Shown: piece by piece, positions 36,513-47,477 of the stretch | Numbering within the stretch: position 1 is the first letter of the stretch | Layout of the letters: every line of letters begins with the position of its first letter | Assembly (NCBI GenBank): GCA_963836755.1 | Contig: CAWIKF010000002.1 | Location: 1,984,001-2,048,000 of the forward strand | Direction: 5' to 3' | DNA: 64,000 nucleotides | Source: an uncultured Verrucomicrobiae bacterium | GTDB lineage: Bacteria; Verrucomicrobiota; Verrucomicrobiia; Chthoniobacterales; Chthoniobacteraceae | Translations under genes and position numbers: made by a program | The notes under the pieces: generated by a model | Database searches by the model: none | What the model was told of the DNA's origin: nothing | What the model saw: only the letters and a program-made list of their open reading frames with translations

Positions 36513-37868
36513 TCAATCTTTGACAGCGCGGGCGCGCAGAGGCAAGGCCAGGCCGACCGCGAACACGGCGACGAGCGCGACGTCCATCATCAAGCGCGGC
36601 AGCGATGACGTGACGTGATAGCGATAATTTGGCCACGCGCTGAAAATGTAGATGCCGCCGTAAAGCGCGACCGGCATCAGGATCGCAGCGACTAAAATCA
36701 GCGCCTGCTGCTCACGGCCGCGCCGCGAAAGATCAGCAAGCGCGAACGCAGCGATGATCCAAAGCACGCTCCAGCGGCTCCAGTTCACGATCTCGCCGGC
36801 GGCAAATTTCGCGACGAGCAGGATGCGCAGCCAGTTTTGAAGAAAAATGACGCGCGTGAATGGCAAAAAGTCCGTCTGCGGCGGCGCTTTCATCAGCACG
36901 AGAAAAAGTTTCCAGCCGCAAAAGATCAACATCGCCGGAATTGCCGCGGCCAGCATCCATCGAGCTTCACGCCGTTTCGCCGCAACGACAAAGCCGATCA
37001 AAAACAGGCATCCCGCGAGAATCACGCCTTCCTGTTTCACCCACGGCAAAATCGCCGCGCAACATGCAAACAATCGCAGCGAACCGAGCGCGCCGCCGCG
37101 TGCGTAATCGAGCAGATAGATGACGGCGGCGAGATAGACCGTCGCGAGCGGAAAATCCGCCCAGCCCGAGCTTGCGCTGCCGGGCCCGATGACGAGGCAC
37201 GGCACGAAAAACGGGAGCAGCGTTCCGGCGATCGCGAGCCGCGCGTCTCGAGTCAGCTTAAAAATTCCGCCGCTTAAAAGCATTGCCGCCGCAAGATAAA
37301 CGAATGGGAACAAAACTTTCGCCCAACCTTGATGCGGCTCGCCGATCCAGCTGTAGAGCCATTCTTCGAGCATTGGCAGGCCGGCCGGATATTGCGGATG
37401 GCTCCAGAGTCGCTCGATGTCCGTGAAGGTGGAACTCGGGATTCGTCCGCCGTTGAGCGCGGCAATGTGCGCCTTGATTTCCCAGCAGAAGAGGCCGTCC
37501 CAACGCAGCGTTTGCGCAATCGATTGCCACGCGACGAACGCGATTTGCACGCCAAAAATGGCGAGAAAAATCACCCCGAGCAGTCCGATCTCGCGCGGCC
37601 ATTCCAACTCAAAATCATTTCGCGCGCGGAAAAAGCCGAAGGCGCCGAACGCAATCGCCAATGCCGCGACGATCCAGTGCAAGAGCGGATCGGGTGCGAC
37701 CAAACCGACGATGAAAAGTGCGAGTGAAATGATCGCGCCGCCAAAAAGCACCGCGACGCCGAGCAGTTCCGCGACATTTGCGCCGCGTCGCGGCATCGTC
37801 AAAATCGCCGCGCCTTTGCCTGCGCATGCGATGAGCGCCAGCGCGAAAGTGACTCGCGCGCAAATCAC
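36513..37868 (-). CDS. Polytopic membrane protein, GT-C glycosyltransferase-like
   Basis: WD...W..KA, HPQYP, ADFPL, KQEG motifs with about 11 TM segments. Confidence 0.7.
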   Translation of the reverse strand: MICARVTFALALIACAGKGAAILTMPRRGANVAELLGVAVLFGGAIISLALFIVGLVAPDPLLHWIVAALAIAFGAFGFFRARNDFELEWPREIGLLGVIFLAIFGVQIAFVAWQSIAQTLRWDGLFCWEIKAHIAALNGGRIPSSTFTDIERLWSHPQYPAGLPMLEEWLYSWIGEPHQGWAKVLFPFVYLAAAMLLSGGIFKLTRDARLAIAGTLLPFFVPCLVIGPGSASSGWADFPLATVYLAAVIYLLDYARGGALGSLRLFACCAAILPWVKQEGVILAGCLFLIGFVVAAKRREARWMLAAAIPAMLIFCGWKLFLVLMKAPPQTDFLPFTRVIFLQNWLRILLVAKFAAGEIVNWSRWSVLWIIAAFALADLSRRGREQQALILVAAILMPVALYGGIYIFSAWPNYRYHVTSSLPRLMMDVALVAVFAVGLALPLRARAVKD

Positions 37869-38335
37869 GGTGCTTTGTCCGGAAGCGGCACCAGCACAAG
37901 GTTCGGGCCGAGATTATGTGCGCGCGCGACGAGCTCTGGCGGCGGCGGCACGAGATAGAAAAGCATCGCGGCCACGTCGACTCGGCTGCGCGGCAGATCG
38001 TTGTAATCAGAAACTTTGTCGCCATTCATTTGCCCCAGCGCCCAGACCGGACGCGGCCACGCAATGTAGCTGAGCAAATAATGGATCTCAGGAAAGTGCC
38101 AGTTGTCGCCGGGACCGATAACCATCAAAGCGCGGTCGCGCGGGATGCCGTCGAGCGCGACGTCGAGGAGGCGCGTGCCGTCGCCCAGTTGCAAAAGCGA
38201 AAGCGACATTTCATCGGTGGTCGCGTCCGGTTCGCGGACGAGCGGGGCGCGCCATTCGATGTGCGGGACGATGCCGCGGATGCCCGCCGCAACAAAGGCG
38301 GCGAGCACCAAAATCCAAATCGAGAGGCGCAGCAT
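37865..38335 (-). CDS. Hypothetical exported protein
   Basis: N-terminal hydrophobic anchor; overlaps the start of the next gene. Confidence 0.65.
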   Translation of the reverse strand: MLRLSIWILVLAAFVAAGIRGIVPHIEWRAPLVREPDATTDEMSLSLLQLGDGTRLLDVALDGIPRDRALMVIGPGDNWHFPEIHYLLSYIAWPRPVWALGQMNGDKVSDYNDLPRSRVDVAAMLFYLVPPPPELVARAHNLGPNLVLVPLPDKAP

Positions 38336-38371
38336 GCGGGGGGATTAACGGAAATTCCGTGCCTTTACTGC

Positions 38372-38407
38372 AAAAAAAACGGCCGATGCCTGCAAAGGCA
38401 TCGGCCG
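38372..38407 (-). terminator. Rho-independent terminator of degP
   Basis: CGGCCGATGCC/GGCATCGGCCG stem followed by T8 on the minus strand. Confidence 0.85.
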
Positions 38408-38422
38408 CCCAACCAAGGAAAT

Positions 38423-39871
38423 TTACTGGTGTGTCTGCAGAACCGCGTAGGTCTTTTGGCCACCGCGTTCGATAAACAAGAGCACACGCTTGTTTGGATC
38501 GTGATTTTTCAGCGCGGCGCGGAAATCGGCGCTGTTGGTCACCGGTTTTTGATCGACCTCGGTGATCACGTCTTTCGCCTCGAGACCCGCTTCATCAGCG
38601 GGGCTGCCGGGCGCGACGGCATCGACTGCAACTCCGCCACCGGACTTTGTTTTCATTTTTTCGGCGAGCTCTTTGCTCAAGTCGGAAACTTTCAACCCAT
38701 AGAAATCCTCTTTCGCTGCGCCGTTGGCTTTTGGCGCGGAGACGTTGGCGACTTTCGTGAAATCGTTCGGAAGCTCGCCAGTCGTAACCGCGACTTTGAC
38801 GCTTTTGCCGTCGCGCCAGACGGAAAGTTCCAGCGGCTGGCCGACCTTCTTTTTGAGCACTTCTTTTTGCAGGTCATGCGCATTCGTCACGGCGACGCCG
38901 TCGACTTGCGTGATTACGTCGGCGGGCCGCAAATCGCTTTTGTAGGCGGGCGCGTTCGGCTCGATCGTGTCCACGACGACGCCTTTGTCGATGCCTTTGA
39001 TGTGCTCGGCGAGCGAAGGATTGTCGCCGAGCGTTTCAATGCGAATGCCGAGCCAAGGGCGGATGATTTTGCCGGTGCTGATGAGTTGGTTGCCGACCTC
39101 GGCGAGCATGTTCGACGGGATCGCAAAGGCGAGGCCGCGGCCGATGCCGTTGATGAGGGTGTTCATGCCGATGATGCGGCCGTCCACGTCGATGAGCGGG
39201 CCGCCGCTGTTGCCCGGATTGATGAACGCGTCGGTCTGGATGTAATCCTCGTATTTCGGGTGGGTCTGGTCGCCGGTGAGGTTCGTGCGGCTTTTCGCGC
39301 TGATGATGCCGCTGCTGAAGGAGTAGTCGAGATTGAATGGAATGCCGATGGCGAAGCAGAGCTCGCCGACTTTGACGGCATCGCTATCGGCGAGCGTCGC
39401 GACCGGCAGATTTTTCGCGTCGATTTTTAGAACGGCGATGTCGGTCTTGTCGTCGGAGCCGACGACTTTTGCGGCGAAATGCCGGCCGTCCTTGAGGCGA
39501 ACCTGGACATTGTCCGCGTCTTCAATGACGTGAAAGTTTGTAAAAATGTAACCCTCGGGCCGCACGATGAATCCCGAGCCTTCGCTGCGCGTCGGTGGCG
39601 GCGGCATCTGGAGTTGGCGGCGATGGCCGTTGCCGCCGCCCGGGTTGCCAAAGAAAAAGTCCATCCCCGTCTCCGCATCATCGTCCGTCGCTTTTTTGTC
39701 AGCCTCGATCACCACGACCGATGGCGCGACTTTGTCGAATACGCCGACAAAAGAATCGTTAAGCTGATGGATGACATCCTTCGCCGGCGACCCGGAAGAA
39801 TCGGCGGCGAGCGCGACCGAGCCGGAAATTACGATGCAACCAAGAAAAGAAGCTAAACGATTAATTGTCAT
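38423..39871 (-). CDS. degP: HtrA/DegP serine protease with two PDZ domains
   Basis: GSGFIV, TNFHV, TDIAVLK, QTDAFINPGNSGGPL. Confidence 0.93.
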   Translation of the reverse strand: MTINRLASFLGCIVISGSVALAADSSGSPAKDVIHQLNDSFVGVFDKVAPSVVVIEADKKATDDDAETGMDFFFGNPGGGNGHRRQLQMPPPPTRSEGSGFIVRPEGYIFTNFHVIEDADNVQVRLKDGRHFAAKVVGSDDKTDIAVLKIDAKNLPVATLADSDAVKVGELCFAIGIPFNLDYSFSSGIISAKSRTNLTGDQTHPKYEDYIQTDAFINPGNSGGPLIDVDGRIIGMNTLINGIGRGLAFAIPSNMLAEVGNQLISTGKIIRPWLGIRIETLGDNPSLAEHIKGIDKGVVVDTIEPNAPAYKSDLRPADVITQVDGVAVTNAHDLQKEVLKKKVGQPLELSVWRDGKSVKVAVTTGELPNDFTKVANVSAPKANGAAKEDFYGLKVSDLSKELAEKMKTKSGGGVAVDAVAPGSPADEAGLEAKDVITEVDQKPVTNSADFRAALKNHDPNKRVLLFIERGGQKTYAVLQTHQ

Positions 39872-39998
39872 ACCGAAGTGGATGCTTTGACACGCACACT
39901 CCAAATTTCGTTCAAAGCCAGCGCAGCGTGGTCGGAGCTTGCATTGCGCCTGTTTGACATCGTCTCGATTCAGCCTTAGCTCTGCGCCCAAGCACTTC

Positions 39999-41204
39999 AT
40001 GGAACTCACCGCCGTCCGCTCGGAAAAGGCCTTCATCTCACACGCTCCCGGTTATTGGCCGGACGTTGATCCCGTCCAATGGAACGATTGGAAATGGCAG
40101 CTCAAAAACCGCGTCACCTCGCTGCGCCAGCTCGAGGAGCATCTCGTCCTTTCCAACGAAGAGCGCACGGGTGTTTTACTTTCTGGGAACAAACTCGCGC
40201 TCGCCGTCACGCCTCATTTTTTCAACCTCATCGAGCGCGATAATCCCGATTGCCCGATCCGCCGGCAGGTTATCCCGCGCATCGAGGAATCGTGGACTTC
40301 GCCTCATGAAATGGCCGATCCATGCGGCGAAGATTCGCACATGCCGGTGCCGGGCCTGGTCCATCGCTACCCCGATCGCGTCCTCTTTCTCGTCACCGAC
40401 CGGTGCGCGAGCTATTGCCGGTATTGCACGCGCAGCCGCGTCGTCAGCGGCGCTGGCGAGCAGGAATTGCATACCGATTTTGAGCAAATCTATCGCTACC
40501 TCGATGAGCACACCGAAGTCCGCGACGTGCTGCTCTCGGGCGGCGATGCGCTTCTTTTTTCCGACGACAAACTCGAGTCGATCCTGAAACGGCTGCGCGA
40601 CATTCCGCACATCGAGTTCCTGCGCATCGGCTCGCGTGTCCCGATCTTTCTCCCGCAGCGAATCACGCCCGCGCTGTGCGCCATGCTCGGGAAATATCAT
40701 CCGCTCTGGATGAGCGTCCACGTGAACCATCCGCGCGAGTTGACGACCGAGGTGAAACAAGGTCTCGAGCGCCTCGCCAATGCCGGCATCCCGCTCGGCA
40801 ACCAAAGCGTCCTGCTCCGCGGCGTCAATGACAACGCCGACACGATGCGCGACCTCGTGCACAAACTCCTCATGTGCCGCGTCCGCCCGTATTATCTCTA
40901 CCAGCTCGACCTCATCACCGGCTCGTCGCACCTCAAAGTGCCCGTGAGCAAAGGCGTCGAAATCATCGAAGCCCTGCGCGGCCACACCAGCGGCTACGCC
41001 ATTCCGCAATACGTGATCGACGCGCCCGGCGGTGGCGGCAAAGTCCCGATCAATCCCGGCTACACCCTTTCCCACGACTCCGAAAAAGTCGTGATCCGCA
41101 ACTACGAGGGGCGCACCTTCGAATATCCGGAGCAGGGCGCCGCGAAGCCTGTGGAAAAGCCGAAAGTTCCGAAAGTCGATCTCGACTACTTTTACTCCGA
41201 GTAA
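39999..41204 (+). CDS. kamA: KamA family radical SAM protein (lysine 2,3-aminomutase-like)
   Basis: HRYPDRVL, CASYCRYCTR, LLSGGD, NQSVLLRGVND, APGGGGKVP. Confidence 0.9.
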   Translation: MELTAVRSEKAFISHAPGYWPDVDPVQWNDWKWQLKNRVTSLRQLEEHLVLSNEERTGVLLSGNKLALAVTPHFFNLIERDNPDCPIRRQVIPRIEESWTSPHEMADPCGEDSHMPVPGLVHRYPDRVLFLVTDRCASYCRYCTRSRVVSGAGEQELHTDFEQIYRYLDEHTEVRDVLLSGGDALLFSDDKLESILKRLRDIPHIEFLRIGSRVPIFLPQRITPALCAMLGKYHPLWMSVHVNHPRELTTEVKQGLERLANAGIPLGNQSVLLRGVNDNADTMRDLVHKLLMCRVRPYYLYQLDLITGSSHLKVPVSKGVEIIEALRGHTSGYAIPQYVIDAPGGGGKVPINPGYTLSHDSEKVVIRNYEGRTFEYPEQGAAKPVEKPKVPKVDLDYFYSE

Positions 41205-41237
41205 CGGCGACGCGCGGCGTTGGCCACCTGACTCCCG

Positions 41238-42395
41238 TCATTTTTCGATGTCGAACTTCAACGGGATGGGCTGAATAGCGGCCTGGATCTGCGCTTCCAA
41301 CTTCTCGATGGCCGCTTGCGCCTCCGCAACTTTTGCGGCGTCGCCGGCCTTGCTCGCGGCGCGCCAATTCTTGATGAGCTGCCCCTGCGGTCCCTGCAAT
41401 TGTCCGATGAGACGATAGATGTTTTGCCCGCGGTCTTTGAGCACTCCTTCGTTCACCGTGGTCGTGTTCCAACCCGTGGCCAGCTCCGCGGCAGTCACGG
41501 TCGCGGCCAGTTTGCCGTTGATGCTGACGCGATATTCTCCATCCGGCAGTCCGGTGACCCGCAGAAGATACTGGGAAAGCTGCAGCGTATCCGGCAGGAG
41601 TTTGAGAGCACTTGCGGAATCGGGAGGAATCGACCACGGCCCCGCTTCATCGAGGCGGGTGAAAGTCAGCTTGCCGTCCGTCGCGCTGACGTCAGTGATC
41701 TTTCACTGCCGTTGCTCCGCGACGTGGCCGTCCGCGCTGAGCGTGGCGGAGCTCACGGCACCGCGTTCACATCGAGCCCATTCAGGATCGTGGCCGCCAT
41801 CGTGTAATGGCCGACGTTGCTGACGTGGACGGTGTCTCCGCTCAGCGGTATGACCGACGGAGGAAGGACCGCCCGGGCGGGCTTCGGAGGCGGGATCACT
41901 CCGTCCGGGCCGGGCGTGGGCGCGGGAAGAACGCGCGGCTCCAGTCGCCCATCATGCTGCCATGGTCCATCGGGCTGGAGGAGATGAGCACGGGCAGAGC
42001 CGGATAGCGCGGATTTTGGCCACGAGTTCCTTCATGCCTTTCAGATAAACCTCCACCGAGCCGTCCACATCGTTCATCCCGAGTTCTACGGAGACGATCG
42101 TAGGCTTCCACGCGGCAACGTCGTAGTCGAATCGCCTCAGCACGTTGCCGACCCGGTTGCCGGGAACGCCGGAGTCACGGAAATGGAGATGCAATTCGGG
42201 AGGCCGGACGCGGTAAAATTCCTCGATGAAATTGGTGTGCTTGCACTGCGTCGTGATGCTGTCGCCAGCCATCACCCAGACATCGTTCTCCTTGAGATGA
42301 ATCTTCGGCTCCTCCGCGCGCGCCGGGCCGGAAGGGAGTGCGCAGGCAAGCAGGCCAGCAACGAGGAGCGAGGAAAGCGGCTTGATACGATCCAT
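41238..42395 (-). pseudogene. SGNH/GDSL hydrolase pseudogene
   Basis: Signal peptide, GDSIT, GMND and DTVH motifs spread over shifting frames; in-frame TGA at 41703-41705; intact C-terminus ...PLKFDIEK*. Confidence 0.8.
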
Positions 42396-42572
42396 CTAAC
42401 TTTCACGATTGCAGTCCTATGCCTTCGGCGGCGTCGGCGCAGGAGTGGCGGGATGCGGTTGCAGCTGGACCTGCGGGTTGCGGGACGTTTCCACGGGAGC
42501 CGTCCATGCGGACTGCCCGGCGGGGCTGGATGAGGCAATTTCTTTCTTTTCTTTCCTCGTTACCGATCGCTC

Positions 42573-42693
42573 CCTCGTTACCAAGCTCGAGCTTGGTAAT
42601 GCACTTGTCCGCGAAGCTTTGCTTCGTCATGCCCGCGGAAAGCCGGAGATTCCAAGAGCACCGGCGTTACCAAGCTGGAGCTTGGTGACGAGG
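42573..42693. repeat. REP/BIME-like palindromic doublet
   Basis: CCTCGTTACCAAGCTCGAGCTTGGTAATG ... CGAAGCTTTGCTTCG ... GCGTTACCAAGCTGGAGCTTGGTGACGAGG: two palindromic units in inverted arrangement. Confidence 0.8.
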
Positions 42694-42746
42694 AGATAAG
42701 GAAATTGTCCGCCGTGTCCAACGGCGCTGCCGGCCTCTCCAGCGGG

Positions 42747-42783
42747 AAAAGCAAATCGCCGCTCCCTTTCGAGAGCGGCGATT
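42747..42783 (-). terminator. Terminator of pnp
   Basis: AATCGCCGCTC/GAGCGGCGATT stem followed by TGCTTTT on the minus strand. Confidence 0.75.
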
Positions 42784-42800
42784 GCAAGACTTAGAACTCT

Positions 42801-45080
42801 TTAGTCGCGGAAGCGGCGGCGGTCGTCGCCACCACGGCCTCGGCCACCACCACGGTCGCCCCGGTCGCTGCGGGGCGGTCGGTCGTCGCCGCTGCGCTCG
42901 AAGCGGTCGCCTCCGCCTTCGGTGCCGTAGCCGCTGCCGGCTGCGAGGGCGGCTTCGGTGGGGCCGGCGGCTTCGTCGCGGTCTTTCATCGCAGCTTTGC
43001 GTGAAAGTTTGACGCGGCCTTTGTCGTCGATGCCGATGCATTTGACCCAGATTTGATCGCCGTTGCGGACGACGTCTTCGGTTTTATTGACGCGCAGGTC
43101 TGCGAGCTCGCTGATGTGGACGAGGCCTTCCTTGCCGGGCATGACTTCGACGAATGCGCCGAACTCTTTGGTGCTGACGACGCGGCCTTGGTAGACGGCG
43201 TCGATCTCAATTTCCTTGAACATGCCAGCGATGATTTGTTTGGCGCGGTCGAGCGCGTCGCCGCTGCTCGAGTAGATGTGGACGGCGCCGGTGTCTTCGA
43301 TATTGATCTCTGCGCCGGTCTCGGCGGTGATGCCTTTGATGGTTTTGCCGCCAGGGCCGATGAGCATGCCGATTTTATCGACAGGGATCTGGATGGTCTC
43401 AATGCGCGGGGCGTATTGGCTGAGCTCCTGGCGCGGTGCGGCGAGCGCGGCGTTCATGACGTCGAGCACTTTCATACGGGCGTCGCGGGCGCGATAGACG
43501 GCTTCGGTCATGATGCTGAGCGGGAGGCCGGGCAATTTGAGATCGAGCTGGAAGCCGGTGAGGCCGGTGTCGGTGCCGCAGAGTTTCCAGTCCATGTCGC
43601 CAAAGTGGTCTTCGCTGCCGATGATGTCGGTGAGCATGACGTAGCGTTCGAGGCGGCCGTCGTCGCTGTATTCGGTGACGAGCCCGGCGCTGATGCCTGC
43701 GACGGGTTTTTTGATCGGCACGCCTGCGTCCATCAATGCGAGGACGCCGGAGCAGACGCTGGCCATGGAGGTGGAGCCGTTGCTTTCCATGACTTCGCTG
43801 CTGACGCGGATGGCGTAGGGGAATTTATCCTCGGGCGGGATGACTGCGAGGATGCTCCGCTCGGCGAGTGCGCCGTGGCCGATCTCGCGGCGGTTCAGGC
43901 CGCCGGTGCGTCCGGTTTCGCCGACGCTGAACGGCGGGAAGTTATAGTGTAGGATGAAGCGCTTTTCGCGCTCGCCGCCGGTGTAGGCGTCGAGCATTTG
44001 GCCTTCATCGGCGGGCGCGAGCGTCGCGAGAGCGACTGCCTGCGTCTCGCCGCGCTGGAAAAGCGCGGAGCCGTGGGAGCGCGGGAGGATGCCGACCTCG
44101 GCACTGAGCTGCCGGATATCGTCGGTGCCGCGGCCGTCGCAGCGGGTCTTGCGGTCGAGGATGGAAATGCGGAAGGCTTTCTTCTGCAGGTAGTCGAACG
44201 CGGAGGAAATCTCGAAGCCGGTGGCTTCGGGGAATTTCGCGAGGATCGCCGCTTTCACTTCGGTCTTCAAGGCGTCCACGGCTTTGTGCCGCGCGGATTT
44301 TCCGGTGGTGTAAAGTGCGGCTTCGATGCGGTCGCCGGCGACTTGATACGCGACTTCGAGCAGCTCGTCTTTGACGACGAAGAGCGGCGGCGTGCGCTTG
44401 GCTTTATTGACGCGCTGCGCGAGTTCTTTTTGTGCGGCGACCATCGTTTTCGCGTGGCCGTGGGCAAAGTCGAGCGCTTTGACAAACTCGTCTTCCGGCA
44501 GCTCGAGCGCGCTGCCTTCGATCATGATCACGTCGTTCTCCGTGCCGACGTAGACAAGGTCGAGGTCGCTGTCAGCCATCTGCGCGTGCGTCGGGTTGGC
44601 GACAAATTCGCCGCCGATGCGTCCGACGCGCACCGCGCCGATCGGTCCGGCGAACGGGATGTCGCTGACCATGAGCGCGGCGCTCGCGCCATTGATGAAG
44701 AGGATGTCGGGATCGTTCTCGCCGTCGGCGCTCAGGAGCACGCCCATGATTTGCGTGTCGTAAAGGTAGCCTTTCGGGAACAGCGGGCGCAGCGGACGGT
44801 CAGTCATGCGCGCGGTGAGGATTTCCTTTTCGCTCGGTCGGCCTTCGCGCTTGAAGTAGCCGCCGGGGATTTTGCCGACAGCGGCCGCTTTCTCGCGGTA
44901 GTCGACGGTGAGCGGGAACCAGTCCTGCCCTTCCTTGGTGGTCGTCGCGGAAACCGCGGAGACGAGGATGATGGTGTCGCCGCAGCGGACTGTGACGGCG
45001 CCGTCGGCGAGCTTCGCGAGCTTGCCGGTTTCGATGATGATTTCAGTGGAGCCGATCTGGCTCGTTACGTTGTGTTGCAT
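42801..45080 (-). CDS. pnp: Polyribonucleotide nucleotidyltransferase
   Basis: [34 protein letters not shown] and S1 domains. Confidence 0.98.
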   Translation of the reverse strand: MQHNVTSQIGSTEIIIETGKLAKLADGAVTVRCGDTIILVSAVSATTTKEGQDWFPLTVDYREKAAAVGKIPGGYFKREGRPSEKEILTARMTDRPLRPLFPKGYLYDTQIMGVLLSADGENDPDILFINGASAALMVSDIPFAGPIGAVRVGRIGGEFVANPTHAQMADSDLDLVYVGTENDVIMIEGSALELPEDEFVKALDFAHGHAKTMVAAQKELAQRVNKAKRTPPLFVVKDELLEVAYQVAGDRIEAALYTTGKSARHKAVDALKTEVKAAILAKFPEATGFEISSAFDYLQKKAFRISILDRKTRCDGRGTDDIRQLSAEVGILPRSHGSALFQRGETQAVALATLAPADEGQMLDAYTGGEREKRFILHYNFPPFSVGETGRTGGLNRREIGHGALAERSILAVIPPEDKFPYAIRVSSEVMESNGSTSMASVCSGVLALMDAGVPIKKPVAGISAGLVTEYSDDGRLERYVMLTDIIGSEDHFGDMDWKLCGTDTGLTGFQLDLKLPGLPLSIMTEAVYRARDARMKVLDVMNAALAAPRQELSQYAPRIETIQIPVDKIGMLIGPGGKTIKGITAETGAEINIEDTGAVHIYSSSGDALDRAKQIIAGMFKEIEIDAVYQGRVVSTKEFGAFVEVMPGKEGLVHISELADLRVNKTEDVVRNGDQIWVKCIGIDDKGRVKLSRKAAMKDRDEAAGPTEAALAAGSGYGTEGGGDRFERSGDDRPPRSDRGDRGGGRGRGGDDRRRFRD

Positions 45081-45098
45081 TTTATTTAGCTAATGCGA

Positions 45099-45205
45099 CA
45101 CCCGCGGTGAAATTAAGAGTTATGAATTAGGAATGAAAAAGTCTGCGCACGCGGCAGGCTTCTTGATTCGTAATTCTTAACTTTTAATTATGATGCCGCG
45201 GGGTG
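45099..45205 (-). promoter_or_regulatory. Long stem-loop in the rpsO-pnp intergenic leader
   Basis: AATTAAGAGTTATGAATTAGGAATGAA pairs with TTGATTCGTAATTCTTAACTTTTAATT; closed by CACCCGCGG/CCGCGGGGTG. Confidence 0.7.
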
Positions 45206-45293
45206 CCGGCTTTGTTTTTGGTTTTGCCGCAACGGCGGAATTGCCGCGCGGCGGGTTGAATGACCCCGGAAACCTCCGGGGCCAAAATCCGTG

Positions 45294-45554
45294 TTACCTG
45301 CGCAGGTTGAGCTTCTCGAGCACCGACTTGTAGCGGTCGGCAGCGGTGCTCTTGAGATAGTCGAGAAGCGTGCGGCGCTTGGCCACCATCATCAGCAGAC
45401 CGCGGCGCGAGCTATGGTCTTTCGAGTGGGATTTGAGGTGGTCGGTGAGTTGATTGATGCGTTGCGTCAAAAGGGCGACTTGCACGTCGGCGCTGCCGGT
45501 GTCTTTCTCGTGCATTTGGAACCCTTGTAGGTCTTTGATCTCTGCGATTGCCAT
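45294..45554 (-). CDS. rpsO: 30S ribosomal protein S15
   Basis: [26 protein letters not shown]. Confidence 0.97.
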   Translation of the reverse strand: MAIAEIKDLQGFQMHEKDTGSADVQVALLTQRINQLTDHLKSHSKDHSSRRGLLMMVAKRRTLLDYLKSTAADRYKSVLEKLNLRR

Positions 45555-45678
45555 AAATTGAGCACGCACTATTGGCGAGCCTGGCGGGCTTGGCAAGCAG
45601 TAGTTTCAAAAGCGGCGCGGACCTTTCCTCCATACGATGAAGCAGCCGCCGGCTGATGGCATCAGACGTGCTATCCAG

Positions 45679-46905
45679 ATGACTGCCATGCTCTCTTTCG
45701 CCTATCAAGCCCGTGACTCTGCCGGAAAAACCATCGCCGGCGTGCAGGATGCGATCAACGAAGACAACGCCATCAATACTTTGATGACGCGCGGCCTGAT
45801 GGTGCTCTCCATCCAGCAAAAAGCAGCCGCCCGCGCCACGCGCCGCATGGGCAGCGTCAGCGAGACGGACATTGTTTTGTTCACGCGCCAGCTCGCCACG
45901 ATGATTGATGCGGGTTTGCCGTTGGTCACCGCGATGACCGCGCTTTACGAGCAGTGCGATCCGAAAAAACAGGCCGGCCTCAAGCGCGTCATCGGCGATC
46001 TCAGCGCCCGCGTCCAAGGCGGCGATTCCTTTCACGACGCGATCTACAAGCATCCGAAAGTTTTCAGCCGCCTCTACACGAGCATGGTGAAAGCGGGTGA
46101 AACCGGCGGTATGATCGCGGAAATTCTCGACCGGCTCGCCGGCTTTCTCGAGGCAGCCGCGCGGCTGAAAAAGAAAGTGAAATCCGCGATGACGTATCCT
46201 GTCATCGTCGTCTGCATTGCGCTGGCGATCACCACCTTTTTGATCGTGCGCGTCGTCCCGGTTTTCGGCCAGATCTTTGGCGACTTCGGAGCAAAGTTGC
46301 CAGCGCCCACGCAATTCCTCATCGACATCAGCGACTTCATCCGCGGCAACTGGTATTACCTCGTCGTCGTCATCGGCGGAACGATTTTTGGCCTGCGCTA
46401 TTACGTCAGCACGAAGCAAGGCCGAGAAATTTGGGACCGCTGGAAATTGAAGCTGCCAGTCTTCGGCCCACTCGTTTTGAAGATCTGCATGACCCGCTTT
46501 GCGCGCACGTTTGCGCAGCTCATCCGCTCAGGCGTGCCGATTTTGGAAGTCATGGAAATCGTCGGCCAAACCTCCGGCAACACCGTCATCGAGCGAGCCA
46601 TCAAAAACGTGGCCGGCGATGTAGAAAAAGGCGATCAGCTCACCGCGGCAATGACGAAGGAGCCGATCTTTCCGCCGATGCTGCTGCGCATGATCGCCGC
46701 CGGCGAAGCGACCGGCAAGATTGACACGATGCTCGAAAAGATGTCCGACTTTTGGGATGAGGAAATCGAGGCACTGCTCGACGCGCTGACTTCCCTCATC
46801 GAACCTTTGCTCATCGTCGTCCTCGGCGTGATCGTTGGCGGCATCGTCATCGCGATGTTCCTGCCGATCTTCAAGCTCAACGATATTGTGTCAGGGAGCA
46901 AATAA
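45679..46905 (+). CDS. pilC: Type II secretion/type IV pilus inner membrane platform protein (GspF/PilC)
   Basis: FTRQLATMIDAGLPL, KVKSAMTYP, GEATG, IEPLL...AMFLPIF. Confidence 0.93.
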   Translation: MTAMLSFAYQARDSAGKTIAGVQDAINEDNAINTLMTRGLMVLSIQQKAAARATRRMGSVSETDIVLFTRQLATMIDAGLPLVTAMTALYEQCDPKKQAGLKRVIGDLSARVQGGDSFHDAIYKHPKVFSRLYTSMVKAGETGGMIAEILDRLAGFLEAAARLKKKVKSAMTYPVIVVCIALAITTFLIVRVVPVFGQIFGDFGAKLPAPTQFLIDISDFIRGNWYYLVVVIGGTIFGLRYYVSTKQGREIWDRWKLKLPVFGPLVLKICMTRFARTFAQLIRSGVPILEVMEIVGQTSGNTVIERAIKNVAGDVEKGDQLTAAMTKEPIFPPMLLRMIAAGEATGKIDTMLEKMSDFWDEEIEALLDALTSLIEPLLIVVLGVIVGGIVIAMFLPIFKLNDIVSGSK

Positions 46906-47434
46906 GCACGACCGCGCCATAAGCGAGCCCGAGCGCCGACGCCGCCTTCCACCGCGTCTCGGTTTTCTCCAGCCACAAAATTTGGTCTCGCATCCAATAC
47001 GGAACGGCTACGTAAAAAAGTCCGAGCACGATCCAGACGTAAGCGAGCACCACGACGAAAAGCCGGCTCTCCTCCGGGCGTAAAAACGCCGCCTCCAGCA
47101 ACGGCTCCGCCGCAAGCAGCAGCAGCATCCCGAGTGCGCGCACCGCGAGAAATTCGTCCACGTATTTTAAAGTCAGCAACGCCGCGATCGGGATCAGCAC
47201 CAGCATGATCGTGCGGAAATTGCTGAACTCGCCCAAGTCCATATTTGCGACCATCACAAAGGCCCAGATCGCATCGATCGCGACCAACGCAAGTCCCGCC
47301 GCTTTCGCCCGCGGAAAAGCGCGCGCCCAGCTCCGCGCGGTGCGGCTGTGCAAAATCGCAATCCCGTGCAGCACGATGAGCATCGTGCCGACGACGAGGC
47401 CCGCCGCGCGCAAATCGACCAACGAATAAATCAT
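46877..47434 (-). CDS. Hypothetical multi-TM membrane protein
   Basis: About 6 hydrophobic segments; co-oriented downstream of miaB. Confidence 0.75.
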   Translation of the reverse strand: MIYSLVDLRAAGLVVGTMLIVLHGIAILHSRTARSWARAFPRAKAAGLALVAIDAIWAFVMVANMDLGEFSNFRTIMLVLIPIAALLTLKYVDEFLAVRALGMLLLLAAEPLLEAAFLRPEESRLFVVVLAYVWIVLGLFYVAVPYWMRDQILWLEKTETRWKAASALGLAYGAVVLICSLTQYR

Positions 47435-47477
47435 GGAGAGCGCAGTTTATGCAGCGCAGCAAGCTTGCCAAGCGCGT

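Noticed and set aside
39999..41204. KamA protein as EF-P modification enzyme EpmB or part of a novel cluster
   Set aside because: No efp/epmA or biosynthetic neighbours; only family-level assignment is supportable.
41703..41705. In-frame TGA as selenocysteine or readthrough
   Set aside because: The same gene has frameshifts and an apparent deletion, so pseudogenisation explains it.
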